A stretch of 64,000 nt of DNA from Halobacteriales archaeon (GTDB lineage Archaea; Halobacteriota; Halobacteria; Halobacteriales; SKSH01), in contig SKSD01000010.1 in the NCBI GenBank assembly GCA_007118145.1, positions 69,896-133,895 of the forward strand, written 5' to 3'. Of this stretch, positions 10,221 through 19,575 are shown one piece after another. The notes under the pieces are model-generated. The model made no database searches and was not told where the DNA came from. It worked only from the letters and a program-made list of their open reading frames with translations. How positions within the stretch are numbered: the stretch's first letter is position 1; every line of letters starts with the position of its first letter. Position numbers and translations under genes: made by a program.

Positions 10221-10580
10221 ATGTCAACCACCGCCTCAGCACGTGAAGATGACCTCTCTGAGGAAGAGCTCGCCGGGCTCGAACTCATCCGCGAAACCAA
10301 GGGTATCCACCAGAGTGACTTTTGGAAGGAACTTGATATCTCATCACGCCAGGGGAGTCGTGTTGTCGACACCCTGCTGGAAGAGGAGTTGATCGAGCGA
10401 TTTGAGACCGTCTACAAGGGAAATCGGACGTATTTCCTGCGCCCGATCTCGAGAGATCTGGATTTCTCCCTGTTGATGGCTGGTGATATGCTCTCACCAC
10501 TCATCGGTGAGGAATCGGTCGATGAGACAAGCGATCGGTTCTCGCAGTGGGTGATGCAACTCGCGTTTGAAAACAGGTAG
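10221..10580 (+). CDS. winged-helix DNA-binding protein
   Basis: 119 aa acidic protein. The segment IHQSDFWKELDISSRQGSRVVDTLLEEELIER looks like a wHTH recognition unit. Trimmed to the ATG at 10221. Confidence 0.6.
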   Translation: MSTTASAREDDLSEEELAGLELIRETKGIHQSDFWKELDISSRQGSRVVDTLLEEELIERFETVYKGNRTYFLRPISRDLDFSLLMAGDMLSPLIGEESVDETSDRFSQWVMQLAFENR

Positions 10581-10632
10581 ACCGTCACACTGGTGACTGT
10601 GTTGGTGAATGCGAATCAGCAGACGATACCGT

Positions 10633-11898
10633 TCAGAAGGTACTCGCAACTCGGATGAGTTGGTCCTCGGAAAACGCCGGAGCGATCAGTTGAATCCCGA
10701 CCGGTAACCCTCGGGGTGACTCTGTCGGGACACTTATCGCAGGTAGGTTCGCCAGATTGACCGGGACGGTATTGCGGTCGGCTTTGTACAGCCTCATCGG
10801 GTCGTCGATCGTCTCTCCGAGTGGAAATGGTTCGGTCGGCATCGTTGGACTCGCCAGCAGATCGACCTCATCGAAGAGCGCGTCGAAGCTGGCAATCAGC
10901 CATCTGCGGGCGTCTTGTGCCTGCTTGTAGTACCGCTCTTGATAGCCAGCTGAGAGGGCGAAGGTGCCGAGCAGGATGCGGCGCTTGACCTCCTCACCGA
11001 ATCCCACCGACCGGCGGTCAGCGAAGACGCTGTTCCAGTCACCTGTCTCATCGCCTGCGTGGCCGTATCTGACACCATCGTACCGGGCGAGATTCGATGA
11101 AGCCTCACACATCGCGATCACGTAGTATGCCTGGACGGCCACCTCGAGGGCTGGTAACGATACCTCGGTGACGGTCGCCCCGACCGCCTCGAGGTGTGTC
11201 ATGGCCTCGTCGAATGCCGTTGCCACCGGTTCGTCGACCCCCTCGAGCAGTTCAGTGGGGATACCGATCGTCGGGCTGTCGAGCTCACCAGTCACAGTCG
11301 ACGAATCCGAAACAGCCTCCGGTGGATCGACCGTGGTGGCGTCACGAGTATCTCGGCCACAAATCACCTCAAAGAGTGTGGCCAGCCCCTCGATATCTGC
11401 CGCCATGGGTCCGATCTGTTCGAGGCTGTTCGCGTAGGCGACGAGGCCGTACCTCGAGACACGTCCGTACGTTGGTTTCAACCCATAGACACCACAATAG
11501 GCCGCGGGACACCGTATCGAGCCACCGGTATCGCTCCCGAGGGCGATACGAACATCTCCCGAAGCGACCGCGGCCGCACTCCCGCCTGAAGAGCCCCCCG
11601 GTACCCGACCAGGTGCGTTCGGGTTCTCCGTCGGGCCAAACGCGGAGGTCTCCGTCGTCGTGCCCATACCGAATTCGTCCATGTTCGTCTTGCCGGTAAC
11701 CGTCCCACCCGCCTCTTTGATACGTTCAATGACGGTCGCATCGTATGGTGGGACGTACCCTTCAAGCATCGCCGAACCACAGGTCGTCTCGATTCCAGCC
11801 GTCGAGATATTGTCCTTCACTGCCACGGAAATGCCATCGAGCTTGCCAGATCCGGTGGGTGCTGCCTGCTGTCTCGAGATGAAGGCATTGTGCGTCAT
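10633..11898 (-). CDS. gatA: Glu-tRNA(Gln)/Asp-tRNA(Asn) amidotransferase subunit A
   Basis: Amidase signature GGSSGGSAAAVA. ATGA overlap with the upstream gatC. Confidence 0.9.
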   Translation of the reverse strand: MTHNAFISRQQAAPTGSGKLDGISVAVKDNISTAGIETTCGSAMLEGYVPPYDATVIERIKEAGGTVTGKTNMDEFGMGTTTETSAFGPTENPNAPGRVPGGSSGGSAAAVASGDVRIALGSDTGGSIRCPAAYCGVYGLKPTYGRVSRYGLVAYANSLEQIGPMAADIEGLATLFEVICGRDTRDATTVDPPEAVSDSSTVTGELDSPTIGIPTELLEGVDEPVATAFDEAMTHLEAVGATVTEVSLPALEVAVQAYYVIAMCEASSNLARYDGVRYGHAGDETGDWNSVFADRRSVGFGEEVKRRILLGTFALSAGYQERYYKQAQDARRWLIASFDALFDEVDLLASPTMPTEPFPLGETIDDPMRLYKADRNTVPVNLANLPAISVPTESPRGLPVGIQLIAPAFSEDQLIRVASTF

Positions 11899-12173
11899 CC
11901 GACAGGTGGCCCCCTGAAGTACCCATCTTCGGCATCGGACGCGTTCGAGAGCGCCTCATCCTGTGTCAGACTTGCCTCGACCGTATCCGAACGGAGGACG
12001 TTCTCCACGTCGACCGCTTCGTCCACGTCCGGCACGGTATCGAGCATCTCGAACCAGGAGAGTATCTCCGCGAACTGGTCTGCGAACCTTGCAAGCTCGT
12101 CCTCATCGAGTTCGATATGTGCCAGACTCGCCATGTGGCGGACATCATCCTCCTCAACCGAAGGGTCGCTCAT
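11895..12173 (-). CDS. gatC: Glu-tRNA(Gln)/Asp-tRNA(Asn) amidotransferase subunit C
   Basis: 92 aa, MSDPSVEEDDVRHMASLAHIELDEDEL is a typical GatC N-terminus. The ATG at 12173 is preferred to the TTG at 12185. Confidence 0.85.
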   Translation of the reverse strand: MSDPSVEEDDVRHMASLAHIELDEDELARFADQFAEILSWFEMLDTVPDVDEAVDVENVLRSDTVEASLTQDEALSNASDAEDGYFRGPPVG

Positions 12174-12317
12174 ATACGATGCCAACAGAGGAACCTGCCT
12201 GAGCGTTTCGATACCATTGTTGAACCGGACCGGCGAAGCGTTTAAGTCGTTTTGATTACAACAGAAAAACGGTACGTCGCCCTGTGGCGGCGAGCCGCTG
12301 CCAGGTCCCCCACATCC

Positions 12318-13289
12318 ATGACGAATCCCACGCCAAACGAAGGCGAGCGAACCCGCGTTCGCGAGCAGACCACCGAATCAGCGTCAGTTGTCAATGAATG
12401 TCCCGAGTGTGGCGGTAACATCGTGACAGATGAGGTGCGCGGAGAGACGGTATGTGACGAGTGCGGTCTCGTTGTCCGAGAGGAAACCGTCGACCCCGGT
12501 CCCGAATGGCGTGCCTTCGATGCATCCGAGCGAGGCCAAAAGAGTCGCGTCGGTGCACCGCGGACGAAGTTGATGCACGACGAAGGCATGTCGACGAATA
12601 TCAGCTGGCAGGACAAGGACGCCTATGGACGAGCGCTCAGTCCACGCCAGCGCCAGAAGATGCAGCGACTTCGCACATGGAACGAGCGATTTCGTACCCG
12701 AGACTCGAGAGACCGTAACCTCAAGCAGGCGCTCGGCGAGATCGACCGGATGGCCAGTGCACTCGGACTGCCACGAAACGTACGTGAGACTGCAAGTGTC
12801 ATCTATCGACGCGCACTGGAGGAAGATCTCCTACCGGGTCGGTCCATCGAGGGTGTCGCCACATCGGTCCTTTATGCCGCCGCCCGGCTTGGCGGGACAC
12901 CTCGAAGTCTCGATGAGATGGCGGCGGTCAGTCGAGTTGAGAAGGATGAGATAGCCAGAACCTACCGGTACGTCGTCAGACAACTCAAACTCGAGATAGA
13001 GCCGGCCGATCCACAGAGCTTCCTCCCCAGGTTCTCTTCCGAGCTCGGTCTCTCAGAGGAGGCAGAACACAGAGCCCATCAGCTCCTGCAGACGGCGAAG
13101 GATCAGGAGATCCACAGCGGAAAGTCACCTGTCGGTCTCGCAGCTGCTGCGGTCTACGCAGCGTCGTTACTCACGAACGAGAAGGTGACACAAAGCGAGG
13201 TGAGCGATGTGGCCAATATCAGCGAGGTGACCATCCGGAACCGGTATCATGAGCTACTTGAGGCCGAGGGTAACATCGCCTCAGCCTGA
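12318..13289 (+). CDS. tfb: transcription initiation factor IIB
   Basis: N-terminal zinc ribbon CPECGGNIVTDEVRGETVCDECG followed by two cyclin-like repeats. Trimmed to the ATG at 12318. Confidence 0.9.
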   Translation: MTNPTPNEGERTRVREQTTESASVVNECPECGGNIVTDEVRGETVCDECGLVVREETVDPGPEWRAFDASERGQKSRVGAPRTKLMHDEGMSTNISWQDKDAYGRALSPRQRQKMQRLRTWNERFRTRDSRDRNLKQALGEIDRMASALGLPRNVRETASVIYRRALEEDLLPGRSIEGVATSVLYAAARLGGTPRSLDEMAAVSRVEKDEIARTYRYVVRQLKLEIEPADPQSFLPRFSSELGLSEEAEHRAHQLLQTAKDQEIHSGKSPVGLAAAAVYAASLLTNEKVTQSEVSDVANISEVTIRNRYHELLEAEGNIASA

Positions 13290-13411
13290 CATCCCCCCAC
13301 CCTGAAACACGTGTATCGGTCAGTTCACCTCAATATCACCGAGAACTCCTCTTCGAAGCGACCTCCCCTCCACAGCGCCAGATACGTTGTCACAATCGAC
13401 AGACACAACCA

Positions 13412-14587
13412 TCACAGCCCGAAGATGGGGACGAATCGGAAGGTGACGAACGATCCGATCGTCGCGACCAGTGGTACGAGGTTCTGCACAAAGATAACGC
13501 GACCTGTCGTCGCTGGATCGAACAGTTCAGAGGATCTCGGCAGATCTCTGGCATCCTCCACTCCAATCGCGGGTAACGCCTCACCCTCGGTATCCGCGGT
13601 GAGTGCACCGGTCGAGACACCCGGTTCCTCACCGTGTTTGACCGCATCGGCGAGTCTCGTGGTCCTGGTTGCACGCCCCCAGCCGAGGCCGACGATGCTC
13701 ATGGTCGCGACGATCACCAGTTGCACAGGGATACCAATGGCAGACAGGAGTGTCACGATCGTGGCTGATACCGTCATCACGACGATCGCTGCGGTCAACG
13801 GAAGTGCCGTGATATCGTTGGCCATCGTCTCGAGCGTCCGTCTGGCGATGGTGAATGCACCGATGGTGACCGCCACACCTGCTAGCACGACACCGGCACT
13901 CATCGAGATTTCCCCGCTGCCCACGAGTGGGGCGACGGCGTTCGCCACGTTCGAGGCACCCGAACTGAAGGCCATATAACAGCCGATCGCAAGCACGACG
14001 ACGGCACCACTTATCTCACGGCGATCAACGTCATCCTTGATCCCAAGGTGCGGTCGGATCCCCGAACGGTGGATATCCCAGACAGTCTGGTCACGGGGTG
14101 ATATCGCGATGGCGCGGTTGATCATCGGGTAGAAGTACCGACCGATGACGGCACTCACCCAGAACGCGACCACAGGCGCCACGATCCACCAGCCAACGAT
14201 CTCACCCATCGTCGACCAGTCGAGTGAGCCGCTGGCCATGCCCAGACCGGCTATCGATCCGACCGCCGTCATCGAGGTAGAAGCTGGAACGGAGAACAGA
14301 TTTCCGAGGTACAACGCGATCCCGATGAAGAACATCACACCGATACCGGTCTCGAGTGTGAGTACAGTCGATGGTACCAGTTCGTCACCGAGGGTACGTA
14401 CCACCGCCGGGCCGACTATCCACCCACCCAGGAAGAAGAACAACGACATCAACGCTGCAGCACCGACCTTGGTCACGACGTTCGCACCGACTGCTGGCCC
14501 GAACGACACACCGGTGGTCGCACCGCCGATATTGTAGCCGACGAAGATGGCAACAAGGATGCCAAAGACCAGCAGGATTTCGAGCAC
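13412..14587 (-). CDS. inorganic phosphate transporter, PiT family
   Basis: Polytopic protein with paired PiT signature regions (GYNIGGATTGVSFGPAVG and SSGASNVANAVAPLVG). GTG start. Confidence 0.85.
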   Translation of the reverse strand: MLEILLVFGILVAIFVGYNIGGATTGVSFGPAVGANVVTKVGAAALMSLFFFLGGWIVGPAVVRTLGDELVPSTVLTLETGIGVMFFIGIALYLGNLFSVPASTSMTAVGSIAGLGMASGSLDWSTMGEIVGWWIVAPVVAFWVSAVIGRYFYPMINRAIAISPRDQTVWDIHRSGIRPHLGIKDDVDRREISGAVVVLAIGCYMAFSSGASNVANAVAPLVGSGEISMSAGVVLAGVAVTIGAFTIARRTLETMANDITALPLTAAIVVMTVSATIVTLLSAIGIPVQLVIVATMSIVGLGWGRATRTTRLADAVKHGEEPGVSTGALTADTEGEALPAIGVEDARDLPRSSELFDPATTGRVIFVQNLVPLVATIGSFVTFRFVPIFGL

Positions 14588-14664
14588 GCAAATTCACCTA
14601 TAACCGACCATGGTATAACTCTTACAACCCGGACACTCCATGCGTCACTACGGGTGGAGACTAC

Positions 14665-15345
14665 TCACCGCATGAGGCGTCGTTGTACCCGACGTTTGAC
14701 GCCCCCTCCGGCCTGTTTGAAACTGATCCGCCACGGTGTACGTTTACCTTCGATGGCCGTACGACCCGCTGCGATTGCCTCGATGATGGCTTCGACGGAG
14801 ACCTCATCCGTGTCGATGAGGGTGATCGCCTGGCCAACCATCTCCCCGATATGCGCATCGCTTCCGGCGGTCTTCGGTAAGCCGTGTGCGGTGGCGAATC
14901 GGTCTGCCTTCCTATTCGAGCGTCCCGTCAGTAGCCGAGAGTTATAGACTTCAATCGCATCAGCATGTTCGATGACGGTCGCTTTGCTTGCCTTGGTCAA
15001 CACACCCTGACGGGAGCTTTGAAACGGATGGGGTACCACCGCAATCCCACCCGCATCGTGAATCATGTCCACCGTCGTCGCGAAGTCGTGACCTCGTGGT
15101 ATCACCTCGCGCACCCCGAGCCCGATCACGTGACCATCAGCACTGGATACCTCGATGCCGGGTAACCCGACGAGCCCGTACTCAGGTGCCATCGACGCCG
15201 CATCAAGGCTCGCCTCTATTTGATCGTGGTCGGTGATGGCGATCACGTCGAGGCCGATCGCCTTCGCCTGCTCGAGGAGGAAATCGACCGGGTCTCGTCC
15301 ATCATGCGAAAGCGACGAGTGGGTGTGCAACTCGGCCGTAAGCAC
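14665..15345 (-). CDS. PHP-domain metal-dependent phosphoesterase
   Basis: Motifs ELHTHSSLSHDG and AITDHD. The ORF-track start 15477 would overlap the divergent purL start. The GTG at 15345 (VLTAELHTHS) leaves a 91-nt divergent promoter region. The start remains uncertain. Confidence 0.7.
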   Translation of the reverse strand: MLTAELHTHSSLSHDGRDPVDFLLEQAKAIGLDVIAITDHDQIEASLDAASMAPEYGLVGLPGIEVSSADGHVIGLGVREVIPRGHDFATTVDMIHDAGGIAVVPHPFQSSRQGVLTKASKATVIEHADAIEVYNSRLLTGRSNRKADRFATAHGLPKTAGSDAHIGEMVGQAITLIDTDEVSVEAIIEAIAAGRTAIEGKRTPWRISFKQAGGGVKRRVQRRLMR

Positions 15346-15436
15346 GATACGCTGTATGACAAGCTGACTGTTAAGCACGGCGATACGCCACCCACATGGA
15401 AAGCCATATTGCCAAACTTGAGGTACCATCCAATGA

Positions 15437-17572
15437 ATGGCGCTTGCCCCTGCTGATTTCGACCTCATCGTCGACAACCTCGGTCGTGAGCCGACACCGA
15501 CCGAGGCTGCGCTCTTTGAGAACCTCTGGAGCGAACACTGTGCGTATCGTTCGTCACGGCCAGTACTGACGGCATTCGAGACCGATGGTGAACAGGTCGT
15601 CGTCGGACCTGGAGATGATGCCGGCGTCGTTGCACTCGACGAGGAGACGTTGCTCGTCCTCGGGATCGAGAGCCATAATCACCCATCGTATGTCGATCCT
15701 TACGACGGTGCAGCGACCGGAGTCGGCGGTATCGTCCGAGACATCATGTCCATGGGAGCGTACCCGATCGCGCTCATCGACTCGCTCTATTTCGGCCCGT
15801 TCGACCGTGAACACAGTCGATATCTGTTCGAAGGGGTGGTCGACGGTATCGCAGATTACGGAAACGCAATCGGCGTCCCGACCGTCGGTGGGAGTGTCTC
15901 GTTTCACCCGGGATACCGTGGTAACCCTCTCGTCAACGTGGGGTGTGTCGGTATTACACATGTCGACCGACTACTCAGAGGGGTGGCACAGACCGTCGGT
16001 AACAAGTTGGTGATCGTGGGGAACGCCACCGGACGAGACGGACTGGGAGGGGCGAGCTTTGCCAGTGAGGATCTCGATGAGGATGCAGCGGTCGAGGATC
16101 GACCTGCGGTCCAGGTCGGCGACCCATACACGGAAAAGCTGCTGATCGAGGCGAATGAGGAGTTGCTCGACCGTGAACTCGTCCAGGCAGCCAGAGACCT
16201 GGGTGCGGCTGGCTTGGGTGGTGCAACAAGCGAGATGGTCGCCCAGGGTGGCCTCGGTGCTGAGATCAACCTCGATAGCCTCCATCAGCGCGAGCCGAAC
16301 ATGAATGCGACTGAGCTCTTGCTGGCTGAGTCGCAAGAGCGGATGGCCTATGAGGTGCGGCCCGATGATGTCGATGCAGTCCTCGCCATCGCAGAGCGAT
16401 ACGACCTCGGGGCTTCGGTCATCGGTGAGATCACAGAAGACCGGTATCAGTGCCGCTTTGACGGAGAGATCGTCGTCGATGTCCCTGCCACGTTCGTCGC
16501 CGATGGCGCACCTGTCGAGGAACGAACTGGTGCGACCGCCGGTGAACCAGTTCGCGAGCGACCTTCGATCGAATTCGATGCAGCGGTCGAACTCGTACTC
16601 ACCTCGCCGAATACCGTCAGCCGGCGATGGGTGTACCGACAGTACGATCACGAGGTAGGAGCCAGAACGGCCATCCGCCCGGGTGACGATGCAGCCGTAC
16701 TGGCTATCCGTGAATCAGACCGGGATCTGGCACTCGCCGCGGGTGCGGAACCCAACTGGACTGCGGTCAACCCACACCGCGGTGGTGCCGCTGTCGCGCT
16801 GGAGCAGGCAGCCAATCTCGCCGTCAAGGGTGCGACCCCGTTGGCTGGCGTCGATTGCCTGAACGGAGGTAACCCGGAGAAGGCCTCGGTGTTTGGTGGG
16901 TTCCGCGGTGTGACACAAGGCATGGCCTCGATGCTCGCTGCGTTGCAGGTACCCATCGTCGGTGGGAACGTGTCGTTGTACAATGACTCAGAGTATGGAC
17001 CGATCCCGCCGACACCGACACTGTTCATGCTCGGTGTCACCGCTGATGTCGAGGTTCCTCGCATGGCGTCAATCCCTGATGCGACGCTCATGCTCCTCGG
17101 CGAGCCGGTGCTCGACGGGCAACGTGCTAACCTCGGTGGTTCTGAGTTGTTCACCCGGCTCGATGCGACGGACCGCCTCCATGCACTACCTGAATCACCT
17201 GTATCGACCATCGATGCACTCATCGACGCAGCCACCCACGAGGCGACCCTCGCGACACACGACATCGCCCATGGCGGCCTCATCACGGCACTTGCTGAGA
17301 TGGTCACTGCCGACAGCGGGCTCAGTGTGGCGATCGAGGCGTCGGTCGATCCGCTCGAACTCGGGTTCCATGAGCAACCTGGTCGCGCCTTGGTCATGAC
17401 GGACGACCCCGAGGGTCTCGAGCAAGTCATCGATGGCCGACTTCCGACCGCCCATATCGGCCACGGAATCGACGAGGGCATGCTCACCGGGTCGATCGCT
17501 GGTGAGAGCATCGAGTTGGACGTAGACACCATCGCAAAGTGGCGTGCATTGTTCGACCGGACGCTCGATTGA
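15437..17572 (+). CDS. purL: phosphoribosylformylglycinamidine synthase subunit PurL
   Basis: 711 aa with motifs SEHCAYRSS and GIESHNHPS and a duplicated AIR-synthase-like fold. Confidence 0.92.
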   Translation: MALAPADFDLIVDNLGREPTPTEAALFENLWSEHCAYRSSRPVLTAFETDGEQVVVGPGDDAGVVALDEETLLVLGIESHNHPSYVDPYDGAATGVGGIVRDIMSMGAYPIALIDSLYFGPFDREHSRYLFEGVVDGIADYGNAIGVPTVGGSVSFHPGYRGNPLVNVGCVGITHVDRLLRGVAQTVGNKLVIVGNATGRDGLGGASFASEDLDEDAAVEDRPAVQVGDPYTEKLLIEANEELLDRELVQAARDLGAAGLGGATSEMVAQGGLGAEINLDSLHQREPNMNATELLLAESQERMAYEVRPDDVDAVLAIAERYDLGASVIGEITEDRYQCRFDGEIVVDVPATFVADGAPVEERTGATAGEPVRERPSIEFDAAVELVLTSPNTVSRRWVYRQYDHEVGARTAIRPGDDAAVLAIRESDRDLALAAGAEPNWTAVNPHRGGAAVALEQAANLAVKGATPLAGVDCLNGGNPEKASVFGGFRGVTQGMASMLAALQVPIVGGNVSLYNDSEYGPIPPTPTLFMLGVTADVEVPRMASIPDATLMLLGEPVLDGQRANLGGSELFTRLDATDRLHALPESPVSTIDALIDAATHEATLATHDIAHGGLITALAEMVTADSGLSVAIEASVDPLELGFHEQPGRALVMTDDPEGLEQVIDGRLPTAHIGHGIDEGMLTGSIAGESIELDVDTIAKWRALFDRTLD

Positions 17573-17584
17573 TACGATATCTGA

Positions 17585-17650
17585 GGACATCGGATCCCCC
17601 CCAAGGCAAAGCCGTGGGCTTCCTCCCTCCATCTTCGTGAGGCTCATCAT
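17585..17650 (-). repeat. solo IS1341/IS605-type right-end tail (hairpin plus terminal G-rich motif), remnant
   Basis: The minus strand reads ATGGAGGGAGGAAGCCCACGGCTTTGCCTTGGGGGGGATCCGATGTCC (peptide MEGGSPRLCLGG). It is nearly identical in layout to 41438-41477 and has the same hairpin-plus-tail architecture as the 3-prime ends of the elements at 32089-32115, 41344-41368 and 51729-51760. Confidence 0.45.
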
Positions 17651-17707
17651 GGTAATTTTTGCCGGTAATACGAGAGATTTGTAAACCCAGCTACTCTCAA
17701 GATATCT

Positions 17708-18358
17708 ATGAGCGTCCTCGTTATCCTGTCCTCCTCGAATCACGAATCCCCAGACTCGACACCTCGTCGGATTTTCGAAGAGCTGCCAGAGTTGACCATC
17801 GAGGTGGTTCATTTCGAGCAATCTGGAGAGCTGGCCATCTCGTACCTGTGGGTCCGTGACGTGGAGACGGCTGCAATCGAAGCAACGTTCGAGGGAGATT
17901 CGGCGATCGTATCGGCCGACCGGCTAGATGCCAACGAGGATGGCACCTTTTACAAGGTGCTCTGGGAGGTCGATAGCCCGTTCATCCACTGTGTCGTGAT
18001 GAACGGTGGCAAGGTAATGGAGGCGACCGGTAACACTGACGAATGGACACTTACCCTCTGGTTCGAGAGTGACACACAGGTATCGAACTTCCAACAGTGC
18101 TGCCATCGAGACGACATTCCGATCGAGATTCACCGCCTGACATCGGTGGCTGGGATGCTCTCCTCAGAGGGTGAGGTGGTGCTGAGTGAACAACAGCGTG
18201 AGGCGTTGATACTGGCGATGGAAAGCGGATACTTCGATGAGCCGAGGAACGCGACACAGAGCGATATCGGTGATGAACTGGGGATCTCCTCATCCGCTGT
18301 GGGGAGACTACTCAGGCGCGGTACCCGCAATCTGGTGCTAGCCCACCTCAGTTCGTGA
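17708..18358 (+). CDS. HTH-10 (bacterio-opsin activator-like) transcriptional regulator
   Basis: C-terminal LSEQQREALILAMESGYFDEPRNATQSDIGDELGISSSAVGRLLRRGTRNLV is the HTH_10 signature. The N-terminal part is BAT-like. Confidence 0.75.
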   Translation: MSVLVILSSSNHESPDSTPRRIFEELPELTIEVVHFEQSGELAISYLWVRDVETAAIEATFEGDSAIVSADRLDANEDGTFYKVLWEVDSPFIHCVVMNGGKVMEATGNTDEWTLTLWFESDTQVSNFQQCCHRDDIPIEIHRLTSVAGMLSSEGEVVLSEQQREALILAMESGYFDEPRNATQSDIGDELGISSSAVGRLLRRGTRNLVLAHLSS

Positions 18359-18482
18359 TGTCCGGGCTGCCATGTGATCATGGAATCTGGAATCGAGTAT
18401 TCCTCAGTGGCAAGGGTACCCCCTTGAACACGTATAGCATTGAACGACCAATGGTATTGCGCCCGAGAAACTCCTTGATAGC

Positions 18483-18734
18483 ATGAGCTATATCGAGGAA
18501 TCGACACCGATACAAAGTACCGCTGACCTCACTCAGGCGGTTCTTGATGCTGTTGCCGAAGCTGAAGGTACCAACCCGAGAGAACTTGATCCGCCTCTTT
18601 ACGAAGCGATCAACCCAGAAGCACTGAACGAGCTCTTCGCGGGGAAAGCTGGAGACCGTGGCTGGGTCGGATTCGACTATCATGGCTATCACGTGGTCGT
18701 CTACCGGGACGGGAGAGTCGATATTGAGCGATAA
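18483..18734 (+). CDS. HalOD1 (halobacterial output domain 1) protein
   Basis: 83 aa. The pattern AVLDAVAEAEGTNPRELDPPLYEAINPEALNELF ... V.F.Y.G..V.V matches the HalOD1 family as I remember it. Confidence 0.65.
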   Translation: MSYIEESTPIQSTADLTQAVLDAVAEAEGTNPRELDPPLYEAINPEALNELFAGKAGDRGWVGFDYHGYHVVVYRDGRVDIER

Positions 18735-18877
18735 TCCGTGGATTCTTCGATATATCGAGCTACAAGTGGGCTGGTTGCGCTCGACATCCTGATCGCACCG
18801 CATGATGGAAGTCGCCTCCGGCACATTATTTGCCAGGTTCGACACGCACTTGTTACCCCTCATTTTAACCTCTACCT

Positions 18878-19438
18878 ATGGTAGAAATGGAATCGAAACC
18901 ATACCTCAGGATGGGTGATCCGATCCCACCGTTTGAACTTGTCGGGACCGACGGTGAACGACACGCACTGTTGGATGTAGATACCGAACTTGCATTGGTC
19001 GTGTTCACGTGCAATCACTGCCCGTATGCCAAGGCAAAACATCAGTTGTTGAACCGTATCGCGGCTGAGTATGACGACGTCACCGTGATCGGTATCAACC
19101 CGAACGATGAGGAGGAGTACCCTGATGATAGCTTCGAACGGATGGTCGAGGAGGTCGAGCAAGGCGTGATCGCCTATGACCACTACCTACGAGATGCATC
19201 GCAGGATGTCGTCAGGGCATATCAGGGCGTATGCACGCCCGATCCGTTTCTGGCGCGCAAGGAGGATGGTCGCTTCATCCTCCACTATCAGGGAAGACTC
19301 GATGATGCACCCAATCCCGATGATGAGCCATCTGAGTTCTTCATCGAACAGGCCATCGATACACTGCTCGATGGGGGCTCTGTAGCGCTCGAGTGGGCCC
19401 CCTCGAGAGGCTGTTCGATTAAGTGGAAGGATAACTGA
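18878..19438 (+). CDS. thioredoxin-fold thiol-disulfide oxidoreductase (AhpC/TSA-like)
   Basis: CxxC centre FTCNHCPYAKA in a thioredoxin-like context. 186 aa. Confidence 0.7.
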   Translation: MVEMESKPYLRMGDPIPPFELVGTDGERHALLDVDTELALVVFTCNHCPYAKAKHQLLNRIAAEYDDVTVIGINPNDEEEYPDDSFERMVEEVEQGVIAYDHYLRDASQDVVRAYQGVCTPDPFLARKEDGRFILHYQGRLDDAPNPDDEPSEFFIEQAIDTLLDGGSVALEWAPSRGCSIKWKDN

Positions 19439-19575
19439 CATCCACAACCCCAACAAAGGCCCGGTTTGAGCCGCTTTTCACCGGCGACTAATCGATACGT
19501 CGTAGACGACACGCGGGAGTGTGTCACAGAGTGTGAGATAGCGTTACGAAACCGTACGACCCGGTAGACCGGTGC

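Noticed and set aside
15346-15477. Longer start (15477 or ATG 15429) for the PHP-domain gene.
   Set aside because: Either would overlap or leave only 7 nt before the divergent purL start, with no room for two promoters. The family usually begins a few residues before ELHTHS. This was kept as an uncertainty note and not as a separate feature.
17195-17821. 208-aa minus-strand ORF spanning the purL 3-prime end, the spacer and the start of the HTH-10 gene.
   Set aside because: It overlaps two well-supported genes. Only its MEGGSPRL segment is meaningful, as a relic of an IS tail.
18378-18863. 161-aa minus-strand ORF overlapping the HalOD1 gene at 18483-18734.
   Set aside because: The plus-strand product matches the HalOD1 pattern and is acidic. 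The minus-strand product has no recognisable features.
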